Source of the DNA: Polyangiales bacterium
GTDB taxonomy: Bacteria > Myxococcota_A > Polyangia > Polyangiales > Houyiibacteriaceae
Length of the DNA: 64,000 nucleotides
Direction: 5' to 3'
Assembly (NCBI GenBank): GCA_965227405.1
Contig: OZ245758.1
Coordinates: forward strand, 2,868,338 to 2,932,337
In this document: positions 21,096 through 29,963 of the stretch, one piece after another
Position numbering within the stretch: the stretch's first letter is position 1
How the letters are laid out: each line of letters begins with the position of its first letter
The notes under the pieces: generated by a model
The model's database searches: none
What the model saw: the letters and a program-made list of their open reading frames with translations, nothing else
What the model was told of the DNA's origin: nothing
Translations under genes and position numbers: made by a program

Positions 21096-22462
21096 GCACC
21101 GAGCACTATCGCGCTGAGCTGTCGAAGCTCGTGCGGGGACGCTCTTGGATCGTGGCGACGGATGTTGTCGTGGGCGCAGCACGCCATGGCAAGCGCTTGC
21201 TCGACCTCGGTGCCGAACGCGTCTTGGTGATTGGTGGTTCACGCGGAACGGGCGACATCGACGAACGACTGCAGACGATCGAGCTCGGTCTTCGCGGCAA
21301 AGACATGATGGATGGAATCCGGTCTGCCGAAGCGGTGCTCGATGCACTGCCCGCGGAGGTCATCGCAGAGGTGGACGCGTTTGATCCGCAACGCGAAGCG
21401 TTGGTGGTTCGTGAACTGTTTTCGGAAGGTCGGCCTGTTGCCGGTCGACGCGTGTTTGGCGCGCGACGTCCGGAGTGGTTGGCGCTCGAAGACAAGATGA
21501 TCATCGATGCGTTTTGGGATGCTGCTGGGGTGACACGTGCACCCGCGAAGATCGTACCGGTGGCAGACGCAGAGCTTGCGCATCGAGAATTGAATCAAGG
21601 TCGCGGAACGGTTTGGGTCGCCGACAACCGCGAAGGTTGGCACGGCGGTGCGTTCTTTCTGCGCTGGATCCGACGGGACGAGGACATGCGTGAAGCCGTC
21701 GAGACTCTGGGAGGCGTCGCCGATCGTGTGCGGGTGATGCCCTTTCTGGATGGCGTTCCGTGTTCGATTCACGGCGTGGTGTTCGCGGACACGCAAATCA
21801 CGTTTCGACCGTGCGAGATGATGGTGTTCCGGACCGACAGCAACAAGCTCGCGTACGCGTCTGCGTCGACGTACTGGTTGCCGTCGAAATCCGACTCGGA
21901 TGCCATGCGAGACGTGGCGATCCGGGTGGGTCGCTACCTGCGCGATACGGTCGACTACCGCGGTTGCTTCACTGTCGATGGCGTGATGACGCGTGAAGGG
22001 TTTCTGCCGACCGAACTCAATCCACGCTACGGCGCTGCGCTTGGGCAGCTTGCAGCAGGCTTACCCGAGCTACCGCTCTACTTGTTGCACTTGGCGATCG
22101 TGGAAGGTGCGGCTCTGGACTACCGACCTTCGGAGTTGGAGTCGATGGTTGTGCGCGAGTCGCTCAAGAATCCTGCGGGGAAAGCCATGCGCATCGTGCC
22201 CGAGACGTTGGAGCCGCGCACCGCTGCGCTCGTGTTCGATGAAGGTGCGTTGCGTTTTGCTTCCGAGGGCGAACAAGCGAGCTTATCCGTCGAGCTCGGT
22301 CCTGCTGCATCCGGATCGATCCTCTTTGTCCGGGCAGTGCCTGACGCGTTGGAGTTAGGTCCTGCGCTCGGTCCACGGATCGTCGACGCGTTGCGCTTTC
22401 TCGACGACGCCTGGAAGTTGGGGCTGGGCGTGCTCGAAGCAGCCGAAGACGTACGCGAGTAG
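21092..22462 (+). CDS. ATP-grasp-like protein, function unknown
   Basis: Start set at MSTEHYRAELSKL, ATGA-coupled to the upstream stop; the track's 20606 start is an upstream in-frame extension. The central region has ATP-grasp-like features, including the E-x-N-P-R motif (LPTELNPRYG) and a preceding Gly-rich/Asp region. 456 aa. Confidence 0.4.
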   Translation: MSTEHYRAELSKLVRGRSWIVATDVVVGAARHGKRLLDLGAERVLVIGGSRGTGDIDERLQTIELGLRGKDMMDGIRSAEAVLDALPAEVIAEVDAFDPQREALVVRELFSEGRPVAGRRVFGARRPEWLALEDKMIIDAFWDAAGVTRAPAKIVPVADAELAHRELNQGRGTVWVADNREGWHGGAFFLRWIRRDEDMREAVETLGGVADRVRVMPFLDGVPCSIHGVVFADTQITFRPCEMMVFRTDSNKLAYASASTYWLPSKSDSDAMRDVAIRVGRYLRDTVDYRGCFTVDGVMTREGFLPTELNPRYGAALGQLAAGLPELPLYLLHLAIVEGAALDYRPSELESMVVRESLKNPAGKAMRIVPETLEPRTAALVFDEGALRFASEGEQASLSVELGPAASGSILFVRAVPDALELGPALGPRIVDALRFLDDAWKLGLGVLEAAEDVRE

Positions 22463-23545
22463 GTGTGGTACGTCTGCCGCGTGCGCACACTTCTTCCTCG
22501 GAGGTTTTCTCCAAAACTTGTGGTTCTCGCGTTCGCCCTCGCTTTGACTGGATGTTCCGGACTCAAGCTCACCAAGATCGATGGTGCGTACGGGTTGCCC
22601 AGCAACGTCGGGCTCTTTTTCACCGTCGACACGCGTGAGGGCGAGCCTGTTCCGGGCATGGCTGCCACCGACTTTGCGATTTACGAGGATGGTCAACTGG
22701 TTAGCGCTGACGAAAGCCAGCAGACCATTATCAATCCAGAAGTGGCGGCCGAGCACTACACGCTTCTGCTCGTGGACATGAGTGGAAGCGTGACCAACAG
22801 CGATCAGGTGCCGATGATCGTGAGCGCGGCACAGAGCTTCTCGTCGACGCTCGAGGGGTACCAAAAGGTCGCGGTGTACGCGTTTGATGGGTCGGAAGAG
22901 ATCCATCCGATTCAGCCTTTTCGTTCCAGTGCCGCAGGGATCTCACGCTTGGGTGGATTTCGGACGCGTGACCCCTCGACGAACCTCAACGGTGCGTTGG
23001 TCGCAGCAGCAGACATTCTGGATGGCGCGCTTGAAGAGGCCGAGACGCCGATGCGTTTCGGAACACTCGTGGTGTTCACCGACGGAACCGATCGCGCTTC
23101 CCGCGTGAGCGAAAGTGCAATGCGAAGTCGTTTGGGCGACAGCGGGTTTGACGTGTTCGCGATCGGAGTCGGCAACGAGATCGACGAGAACGTCCTCGAT
23201 CGGATTGGCTACAGCGGCTACGTGCTGATCGAAGACGCGGCGGCGATCGAAGCTGCGTTCCAAACGATCGGTGAACGGATCGTGGGCTACACGCAGCGGT
23301 TCTACCTGTTGAGCTACTGCAGCCCAGCACGTGCGGGGACACACGAAGTGACGGTGGAAGCGCTGCACCCGGATGGGCGCACCGGTTCGTTGGACTTTGC
23401 GTTCGATGCAACCGACTTTGGACCGGATTGTGATCCGAACCGACCGCCACCCTTTGATGCGACCGAGCGAATTCGGGTTCCGCGAACGACGGAGCGGCGC
23501 GGTCGGCTCCAAGTGCGCCTAAGCGCGAGCGTCGAAACCGAGTAG
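22463..23545 (+). CDS. von Willebrand factor type A (VWA) domain lipoprotein
   Basis: 360 aa with a lipobox LALTGCSG and the MIDAS motif LLVDMSGSV (DxSxS), with downstream T and D residues. GTG start immediately after the stop of the ATP-grasp gene. Confidence 0.65.
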   Translation: MWYVCRVRTLLPRRFSPKLVVLAFALALTGCSGLKLTKIDGAYGLPSNVGLFFTVDTREGEPVPGMAATDFAIYEDGQLVSADESQQTIINPEVAAEHYTLLLVDMSGSVTNSDQVPMIVSAAQSFSSTLEGYQKVAVYAFDGSEEIHPIQPFRSSAAGISRLGGFRTRDPSTNLNGALVAAADILDGALEEAETPMRFGTLVVFTDGTDRASRVSESAMRSRLGDSGFDVFAIGVGNEIDENVLDRIGYSGYVLIEDAAAIEAAFQTIGERIVGYTQRFYLLSYCSPARAGTHEVTVEALHPDGRTGSLDFAFDATDFGPDCDPNRPPPFDATERIRVPRTTERRGRLQVRLSASVETE

Positions 23546-23568
23546 ACCTAAACCGATGTGGCTACGCC

Positions 23569-23757
23569 ATGGGCGACTTTGCCCTGCTCTTGATCCTGGA
23601 TGACATTGTCGTCGACCCAGCGCGCTTTGAGACCTGGCGAAGCGCGTGGCGCAAAGCACGCCAATACGAAGACCCGGGCGCCATCGAGTTTTTCGATCGC
23701 TACTACGAGTGCGTAGAGACCGGCTTCGCCTACGCGATCAACAAGTTCACGCGTTAG
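23569..23757 (+). CDS. small hypothetical protein (62 aa)
   Basis: High GC3 codon bias consistent with coding. Convergent with the SDR gene and overlapping its 3' end. No domain recognised. Confidence 0.3.
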   Translation: MGDFALLLILDDIVVDPARFETWRSAWRKARQYEDPGAIEFFDRYYECVETGFAYAINKFTR

Positions 23758-24440
23758 CTGCGGCCGTAGACCGGGATCAGCGCCCCGCGCGTCGTCTTGT
23801 TCGCAGGAGACGCGAGAAAGACCATGGTCGCCGCGACTTCTTCCACCTTGGGCCACGCGTCGAAGTCTGCATCTGGCATCGCACTTCGGTTCGTGGGGGT
23901 GTCCATGATCGATGGCGCAATCGCATTCACGAACACACCGCGGTCGTGCAGCTCTTCGTCGAGTGAAAGCGTCAGTCCCACCACAGCCGACTTGGTTGCC
24001 GCATAGGTCGCGACGTTCGCGCAGGGCACGAGCGTGGGTTTCGCCGCGACGTTCACGATCCGACCTTCGTCCATTCGCTTCGCGGCTTCGCGACAACACA
24101 ACCAACACGTACGCAGGTTCAACGCGACCATCTTGTCGAACGCTTCAACGTCGGTTTCGGCGAGTGGACCCCACACAAAACCACCTGCGATATGCAGCGA
24201 CGCCCAAAGCGGCCCCGGCACAGCATCGTAAAACGCGATGGTCTGCGCTTCGTCGGTCAGATCGACGGAAGGTGTTACCCGCAACATGGCGTGGTCGATG
24301 CCCGCCAAGCGTTTCTGGTCGCGCTCGCCTACAGCAGGAACATGAACCTCCGCGCCTTCATCGAGTAGCGCGCGTACGACGGCCATTCCGAGAAAGCCGC
24401 CACCGCCGGTGACCACGACGCGACGTCCGCCAAAGCTCAT
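23754..24440 (-). CDS. SDR family NAD(P)-dependent oxidoreductase
   Basis: 228 aa with the Rossmann motif VVVTGGGGFLGMAV and the YxxxK-type catalytic region (ATYAATKSAV). Confidence 0.75.
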   Translation of the reverse strand: MSFGGRRVVVTGGGGFLGMAVVRALLDEGAEVHVPAVGERDQKRLAGIDHAMLRVTPSVDLTDEAQTIAFYDAVPGPLWASLHIAGGFVWGPLAETDVEAFDKMVALNLRTCWLCCREAAKRMDEGRIVNVAAKPTLVPCANVATYAATKSAVVGLTLSLDEELHDRGVFVNAIAPSIMDTPTNRSAMPDADFDAWPKVEEVAATMVFLASPANKTTRGALIPVYGRS

Positions 24441-24868
24441 GCTTCGGCTCGTTCTTTCAACCGCTTGTTGAGAACTTCGTAACCCTTTTCGACCTGCGGT
24501 CCGAGGAAGCGCCAGGGAAGCGAAAACAAGGGACCGGTAAACTTCTCTCCGTGCACGAGTCGCGTTCGGTTGTCGTCGATCGCTTCGAGACGAAAGAAGT
24601 GACTGCCACCGCCCAAAGGCTTTTGCAGCGAGTTGCGTGGTCCTTCCCAGCGAAGCTCGGTTCCGTCCGCACGTACAATGCGCGCCGCGATCGGTGCCTC
24701 GAGCGGGCCCAACTTGATCTTGAAGTCGATGTTGCCGCCGGGCCGGAGTTCACCACGCGGTTGCAAGATCACCGGGTTCCATTCGCTGTATGAATCGAGG
24801 TCGGTGAGGATTTCCCAAACGCGTTCGACCGGTGCGTCGATCGCCAGACTTGTGAGCACGAGCGGCAT
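24437..24868 (-). CDS. SRPBCC (polyketide cyclase/START-like) domain protein
   Basis: 143 aa. The N-terminal MPLVLTSLAIDAPVERVWEILTDLDSYSEWNP matches the SRPBCC/Bet v1-like signature. ATGA-type coupling with the downstream SDR gene. Confidence 0.6.
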   Translation of the reverse strand: MPLVLTSLAIDAPVERVWEILTDLDSYSEWNPVILQPRGELRPGGNIDFKIKLGPLEAPIAARIVRADGTELRWEGPRNSLQKPLGGGSHFFRLEAIDDNRTRLVHGEKFTGPLFSLPWRFLGPQVEKGYEVLNKRLKERAEA

Positions 24869-24922
24869 GCCGCGGATCTAGCAGACCCGCCTGGTCGCGA
24901 CTAGCGAACGCCGAGCGAACTC

Positions 24923-25339
24923 TTAGGGAAGGAACCGAGCGCGTTCTTCAGGCGTGGGAACTCGACACGTATCGAGCTTGCCCCAAATCTTGTAACGCAT
25001 CTTCGCGATCATCCGGTACACGACGTCGGCGATAAACGAGGGCACGAATCGAAACCAGCTCAGCACTCGCCAGCCGGTCTGCAGGTGCAGCGACAGCATG
25101 AACACGGCACGTGAGCGCCAGTAGACGTTTTCTTTGTCGCCGTCTTTCTCCACGTAAATGATCGAGTCGAGTCCTTCGGGGATCTCGGGGTGACGCGCGA
25201 TGACTTCCGCGGCGGTTTCTCCTTGAAGCGGTGCGAACTGCAGACGACCTTCCGGATCGTTTTCGAGAAGCCACTGGACGGACTTGTCACACAGTCCGCA
25301 GAGACCATCGAACAACACCAACCGGGGAACCTCGCTCAC
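24923..25339 (-). CDS. DCC1-like thiol-disulfide oxidoreductase family protein (DUF393)
   Basis: 138 aa. The N-terminal LVLFDGLCGLCDKSVQWLLENDPEGRLQFAPLQ is the characteristic DCC-family CxxC motif. Confidence 0.65.
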   Translation of the reverse strand: MSEVPRLVLFDGLCGLCDKSVQWLLENDPEGRLQFAPLQGETAAEVIARHPEIPEGLDSIIYVEKDGDKENVYWRSRAVFMLSLHLQTGWRVLSWFRFVPSFIADVVYRMIAKMRYKIWGKLDTCRVPTPEERARFLP

Positions 25340-25369
25340 ATCGTGATCATAGGGCTCAAGCGCGCGGCT

Positions 25370-27280
25370 TCAACCCTCGGAAGTCATCATGCGAAACGGT
25401 GTGGTGTCGATGGGTCCGGTCGCCTCGCCATCGTCGTTGGGCACAGCGAGCGCTTCCATCAAGCCGTTGAGGGTCTGCTCCTGAGGCTGCAACGCGAGTG
25501 CGCGGGTCAGCACCATGCGCGCTTCTTCGCGATTGCCGGTATCGGCGTAGTAGAGCGCGCGTTGGTAGAGGCGCCATACGAGCTGTCGAACCGTTTCGGG
25601 GTCGAGCGGTTTCTCCAGCATGCGCTCGATGCGCGCCCAACTTTTGCGTTCGACGTCGCGACCTTCGGTGCGGTCCACACGCGTGGCACCGTCGGGAACG
25701 ACGCGGTGATACAGACCACCCGGAACCAGCGTGTTTTGGATGTCACGCGACACGCGTAGATCGAGTTCGACGTACACCGGTCTTCGCGATGCGAGAGTTT
25801 GCAGATCGCCGACGTCGATTTCGCCATCAAGCATGTAGCGGTTGAGGAGTGGTCGAAGCATCTCGTCGCGCTCCACCAAAGCGTCGGCCATGCCCGGATA
25901 TGTGAGGAAGGGAACGGGCACAAAGGAGATGTCGGGCCGCAGATGTTCTTCGGCTTCGCCTCCCCAGTAGCGAAAAGCAGTTTGGGGAGCGTACGCGATC
26001 ACGATCGAACCGGTGGGCAAGTGACGCCGCAGTTCTTCATCGAACGTGTCGGGTGAGCGAAGTGCGCTGAACGATGCGTCGGCTCCGTTGTCGGTGATCT
26101 GAAAAGCACATGCACCGGCGATGACTGTGGCAACGGCGAGCGTGAGACGCGTTCGCTCGCCGAGAACGACGATGACCATGCCGCCAAACCCGACCGCGGC
26201 GATGCTCAATGCTGCGATGGCTGGCATCAAATACCCGAGCGCATCAGGGTTTGAGCGTACAAACCCCAACCAAGCACGGGCAGCGATGAACACCGTCGCA
26301 ATGAGCAACCAAAGGATGCCGAGACGTCTGCTGCTGCGTTGTCGGATCAACGCGTAGAAGCCCGCGAGTGCGATGAAGAGAACAGCGACGCTCAAGCTTT
26401 CGCCGAGTTGGATCGCGACGTCGGCAAAGCGCTCCCCCAAAGGTTGCGGAACACCTTCGCCTTGGTTCTTCTGAAACGCCTCTGCACTGACGACCCACCA
26501 CATGCGTCCGAGGTCGTTGGGGTCGCCCAAGCTCAGGTAGGCTCGTCCCGCGCGCAAGGGAAGGTAGATGTAGGTGGCGAGTCCGAGCAGGCCCGCGCCC
26601 AATCCGATACTGAGTGGCCGCCAGCCGCGTTCGCTGACTGCACGTCCCAGTGTCGCAGCGCACGCAGGTAAGATCAGTAGTGCTAAGAAGTGGTGGTTGG
26701 CGAGTGCAAGTGCAAAGGCGAACGTGGCGACGTAGAGTTTGCGCGAGTCGCCTTCGGCTTCGTAGGCGACGATCCGTTCGAGAGCGAAACAGGTGAGCGC
26801 AGCTTGAAGTGCATAGACTTCGGGGCGAACCGCTTGGAGCCACCATCCGAAGCTTCCTGCGCTTAGCCAACACACCCCGATCGCGAGGATGCTGGAATCG
26901 AGCGGCCTTGTTCCGAGACCGCGAAAGGTGCGTTCGGCGGCGAAGTGCACGCAGCCGATGGCGAAGGCAGCGAGAAGTGCGCTGGCGATGGCAGTGCGAA
27001 AAGCAATCGATCCGATGGGGAGCAGCCACGTGAACAGTCCGAGCACCACACCGTTGAGGGGGTGTCCGGGTGGGTGCGAGATGCCGAAGTCGGATGCTTG
27101 GGCGACGAACTCGCCGCCATCGAGCCAGTACCCGTAACCAGATGCCGTGGCGAGATAGCCGGCGAGCGGAGCACCTACGGAGAGCGCGACGGGCCACGCG
27201 GATCGGACGGTACTGCTCAAGGCCGAAGCGATGGTGTCCTTGTGGAGGTGTGGGGTCAAACCATTGCATGCTCTGGCCAT
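25370..27280 (-). CDS. DUF2723/TMEM260-like polytopic membrane protein (glycosyltransferase-39-like fold) with C-terminal TPR-like region
   Basis: 636 aa. The N-terminal GYGYWLDGGEFVAQASDFGISHPPGHPLNG motif is typical of DUF2723/PMT-like transferases. About 11 TM helices are followed by a soluble helical/TPR-like tail. The start matches the CAT at 27278-27280. Confidence 0.55.
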   Translation of the reverse strand: MARACNGLTPHLHKDTIASALSSTVRSAWPVALSVGAPLAGYLATASGYGYWLDGGEFVAQASDFGISHPPGHPLNGVVLGLFTWLLPIGSIAFRTAIASALLAAFAIGCVHFAAERTFRGLGTRPLDSSILAIGVCWLSAGSFGWWLQAVRPEVYALQAALTCFALERIVAYEAEGDSRKLYVATFAFALALANHHFLALLILPACAATLGRAVSERGWRPLSIGLGAGLLGLATYIYLPLRAGRAYLSLGDPNDLGRMWWVVSAEAFQKNQGEGVPQPLGERFADVAIQLGESLSVAVLFIALAGFYALIRQRSSRRLGILWLLIATVFIAARAWLGFVRSNPDALGYLMPAIAALSIAAVGFGGMVIVVLGERTRLTLAVATVIAGACAFQITDNGADASFSALRSPDTFDEELRRHLPTGSIVIAYAPQTAFRYWGGEAEEHLRPDISFVPVPFLTYPGMADALVERDEMLRPLLNRYMLDGEIDVGDLQTLASRRPVYVELDLRVSRDIQNTLVPGGLYHRVVPDGATRVDRTEGRDVERKSWARIERMLEKPLDPETVRQLVWRLYQRALYYADTGNREEARMVLTRALALQPQEQTLNGLMEALAVPNDDGEATGPIDTTPFRMMTSEG

Positions 27281-28823
27281 GTCGAAGGTGACCGACCAGA
27301 TCGATCAGGCGTCCGAGAAGCAGCGGGAGCTACCGAAAGAGGCGATGGTGGTGACTTCGCACCCGCGTGCCGTAGAGGCGGCGACCAAGGTGCTCGAGGC
27401 AGGAGGTCATGCCGTTGATGCCGCGATTTGTGCAGCTGCAGTGCTGGGCGTCGTGGACCCCATGAGCACAGGTGTGGGTGGGGACTGTTTTGCGATGGTG
27501 TGGGACGCGCACGCGTTGTACGGGTTCAACGGATCGGGGCGTGCGCCGGCGAAGGCATCGTTGGAGGATCTGCAGGCACGAGGTCTGGACGCGGTGCCCG
27601 AGCGCGGTGTGTTGCCGATCACAGTTCCGGGAGCGGTGGACGCGTGGTGGCAGTTGCATAAGCGCTTCGGTCGCGCGTCATGGGATTCGTTGTTGGAGCC
27701 GGCGGTCGTTGCAGCGCGGGACGGCTTCGCAGTCACGCCTGTGGTGGGACGTGACTGGGGTCGCAGCGCGTACGCGTACCAACCGGTTCCGCAGGTGGGT
27801 CAGGTGTATACGCAGCCCGAGTTGGCGCAGTCGCTTTCGAAGCTACAGCGCGGTCGAGATGTGTTCTACAGCGGCGAGTTGGCCGATGCGATCGCAGCAC
27901 GTGTTGCGGAGGACGATGGTTGGCTGACGAAGTCGGATCTTGAAGCGCATCAGGGCGAGTGGGTGGAACCGCTTGAAGGGGTGTATCGCGGACATCCCGT
28001 GTACGAGTTGCCGCCCAACGGGCAGGGCGTGGTGGTGTTGCAAGCGTTGGCAATGCTCGAAGAGCTTTCGCTGCGCGACATGGATGTGGTGGAGCAGACC
28101 CATGTGCAGATCGAAGCGTTGAAGTTGGCGTTTGCGGATGCGCGAGTGCATGTGGGCGATCCTTCGCGAAGCGATGTGTCGCGTTTGCTCGACTACGCGT
28201 ACATCGAAGAGCGCGTGAGCCTGATCGGCGACCAGGCTTGCGCCTCGGCGGTGGGTGGACTGCCGAATGGCGACACCGTGTACGTCGCTGTGGTGGATGC
28301 GCAGGGCAACGCGTGTTCGTTGATCAACAGCGTGTACATGCACTTTGGATCTGGCGTTGTGGTTGACGGAATGTGCTTACAAAACAGAGGTGTTCTGTTT
28401 CGGAGCGATCCAGCGCATCCAAGTGCGTTGGCACCGGGCCGAAGGCCGTACCACACGATCATTCCGGCGATGGCGTTTCGGGGCTTGGTGCCTTGGTTGG
28501 TGTTTGGGGTCGTCGGTGGTTACCAGCAGCCGCAAGCGCAGGTGCAGCTACTGCATCGTTGGATCGATCGTGGAGAAGCCTTGCAAGCTGCGGTGGATGC
28601 ACCGCGCTTCCGGTGGATCGAGGGGAACAAGGTTCAACTCGAAGAGGGTACCGATCCAACGTTGATCGAAGGGTTGCGAAACCGAGGCCACAACGTGGTG
28701 GAGGGAGCTGCGTTCGGAGGCTTTGGTGGAGCTCAAGCGATCGAGATCAGCGAGTCACTCACTGGTGCGACTGACCCACGCAAAGACGGAACCATCGGGG
28801 TGTTAACTTTGGGGACAGGTTAA
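27279..28823 (+). CDS. ggt: gamma-glutamyltransferase
   Basis: Start placed at MSKVTDQ. GGT family motifs are present (TSHPRAVEAATKVLEAGGHAVDAAI, and the catalytic-Thr region GDTVYVAVVDAQGNACSLINSVYMHFGSGVV). The stop codon lies inside the left inverted repeat of the downstream repeat element. Confidence 0.85.
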   Translation: MSKVTDQIDQASEKQRELPKEAMVVTSHPRAVEAATKVLEAGGHAVDAAICAAAVLGVVDPMSTGVGGDCFAMVWDAHALYGFNGSGRAPAKASLEDLQARGLDAVPERGVLPITVPGAVDAWWQLHKRFGRASWDSLLEPAVVAARDGFAVTPVVGRDWGRSAYAYQPVPQVGQVYTQPELAQSLSKLQRGRDVFYSGELADAIAARVAEDDGWLTKSDLEAHQGEWVEPLEGVYRGHPVYELPPNGQGVVVLQALAMLEELSLRDMDVVEQTHVQIEALKLAFADARVHVGDPSRSDVSRLLDYAYIEERVSLIGDQACASAVGGLPNGDTVYVAVVDAQGNACSLINSVYMHFGSGVVVDGMCLQNRGVLFRSDPAHPSALAPGRRPYHTIIPAMAFRGLVPWLVFGVVGGYQQPQAQVQLLHRWIDRGEALQAAVDAPRFRWIEGNKVQLEEGTDPTLIEGLRNRGHNVVEGAAFGGFGGAQAIEISESLTGATDPRKDGTIGVLTLGTG

Positions 28824-29065
28824 CTATTTAACCGACCCTCGATCTCTAAGTCATTGAAACCACGAGTTTCGTGTGTGCTTGGACATGCTTTGCAGGCGCC
28901 TCAGAGAGCGTTTCGCAATGCTCCTACTTCAGATCACACCTGACTCGTGGATGTGAGCCGAGTTTCTTCGGCGCAGGGCGCCAGATCTGATTCGCTGAAT
29001 TGAATGATCTTGGTCAGTTGGAGATCGAGGGTCGGTTAAATAGTTAACCTGTCCCCAGAGTTAAC
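28802..29065. mobile_element. MITE-like element, 264 bp, with 45-bp terminal inverted repeats (GGGGACAGG-hairpin family, copy A)
   Basis: Left arm gttaactttggggacaggttaactatttaaccgaccctcgatctc and right arm gagatcgagggtcggttaaatagttaacctgtccccagagttaac match at 44 of 45 positions as reverse complements. The interior is lower-GC non-coding DNA. Both convergent flanking genes have stop codons in or against the arms. Coordinates +/- 2. Confidence 0.7.
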
Positions 29066-29926
29066 CTACTCCAAGAACGGGGTGCAGTACTCGTCGCTGA
29101 TGAGTTCGGTGATCGCTGTGGCCATGTCCAGGGTTCCGGCTCGCACGTCGCGGATGCTCCAGGCTCGGCCACCGGTTTGGTTGGGCAGGGTGTCCATTCC
29201 CAAGTACGGCTCGTGAAAACCTTGGCCCACGTTGGGCGACATCCCGGCTCCACAAAACTCGCCTGCGCCCGGCGCCGAAAAACTTCCCACACGCAATTCG
29301 TTGCTCACCAACACGCCTGCAACTTCGGAGTACATCCGCTCGATCGGGATTCCACTCAGCGACGCTCCTCGCTCCGCAAACGTATCGTCGGTTGCGTGGA
29401 TGATCAGCTTGGTCGCGCTCGGTCGCCACGGACACGCGGTTGCTGCGGCCCACAACGCATCCAGACTGTTCTCGGGACAATCACCGTTGGAATCCGAACC
29501 GCCACCTGCAGGCTGTCGGTTGGTCGAGGTGAAATCGCGCCAGTTCATGAACTCGGCCTGCAATGACTCCACGGTCGTGAAGTTCGCACACCCATTCACG
29601 GTCACGACGTCGTCGACAAACACAACCAAGCCAAACTGGGTATCTGAAGTCAGCGCACGTGCTGCATTCCAGACACTGGTGATCCCGTTGGTGATCTGAT
29701 CCAACTCGTCTTCCATCGACGTGCTCGTATCGATCACGAACACCACATCCAAAGGATCGTCGCACTCGCTATCGGCATCGATGTTCGAGTCGGTCCCTGG
29801 TACATCCGGAACACCCAACGTGTCGCTCGCAGGCACATCGGCGACACCGCCGTCGCGCGTGGGTCGGTCGTCGTCACCACACGCACCAAGAACAACAACG
29901 AGAGCAAGCGAGCATCTTCCAAGCAT
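29066..29926 (-). CDS. secreted VWA domain lipoprotein
   Basis: 286 aa with a lipobox (VVVLGACGDDD) and the MIDAS motif VFVIDTSTSM (DxSxS). Its stop abuts the right inverted repeat of repeat copy A. Confidence 0.65.
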   Translation of the reverse strand: MLGRCSLALVVVLGACGDDDRPTRDGGVADVPASDTLGVPDVPGTDSNIDADSECDDPLDVVFVIDTSTSMEDELDQITNGITSVWNAARALTSDTQFGLVVFVDDVVTVNGCANFTTVESLQAEFMNWRDFTSTNRQPAGGGSDSNGDCPENSLDALWAAATACPWRPSATKLIIHATDDTFAERGASLSGIPIERMYSEVAGVLVSNELRVGSFSAPGAGEFCGAGMSPNVGQGFHEPYLGMDTLPNQTGGRAWSIRDVRAGTLDMATAITELISDEYCTPFLE

Positions 29927-29963
29927 TGCCGTACTATTGCCCAGACCTTAGGTCTTTTCGAGC

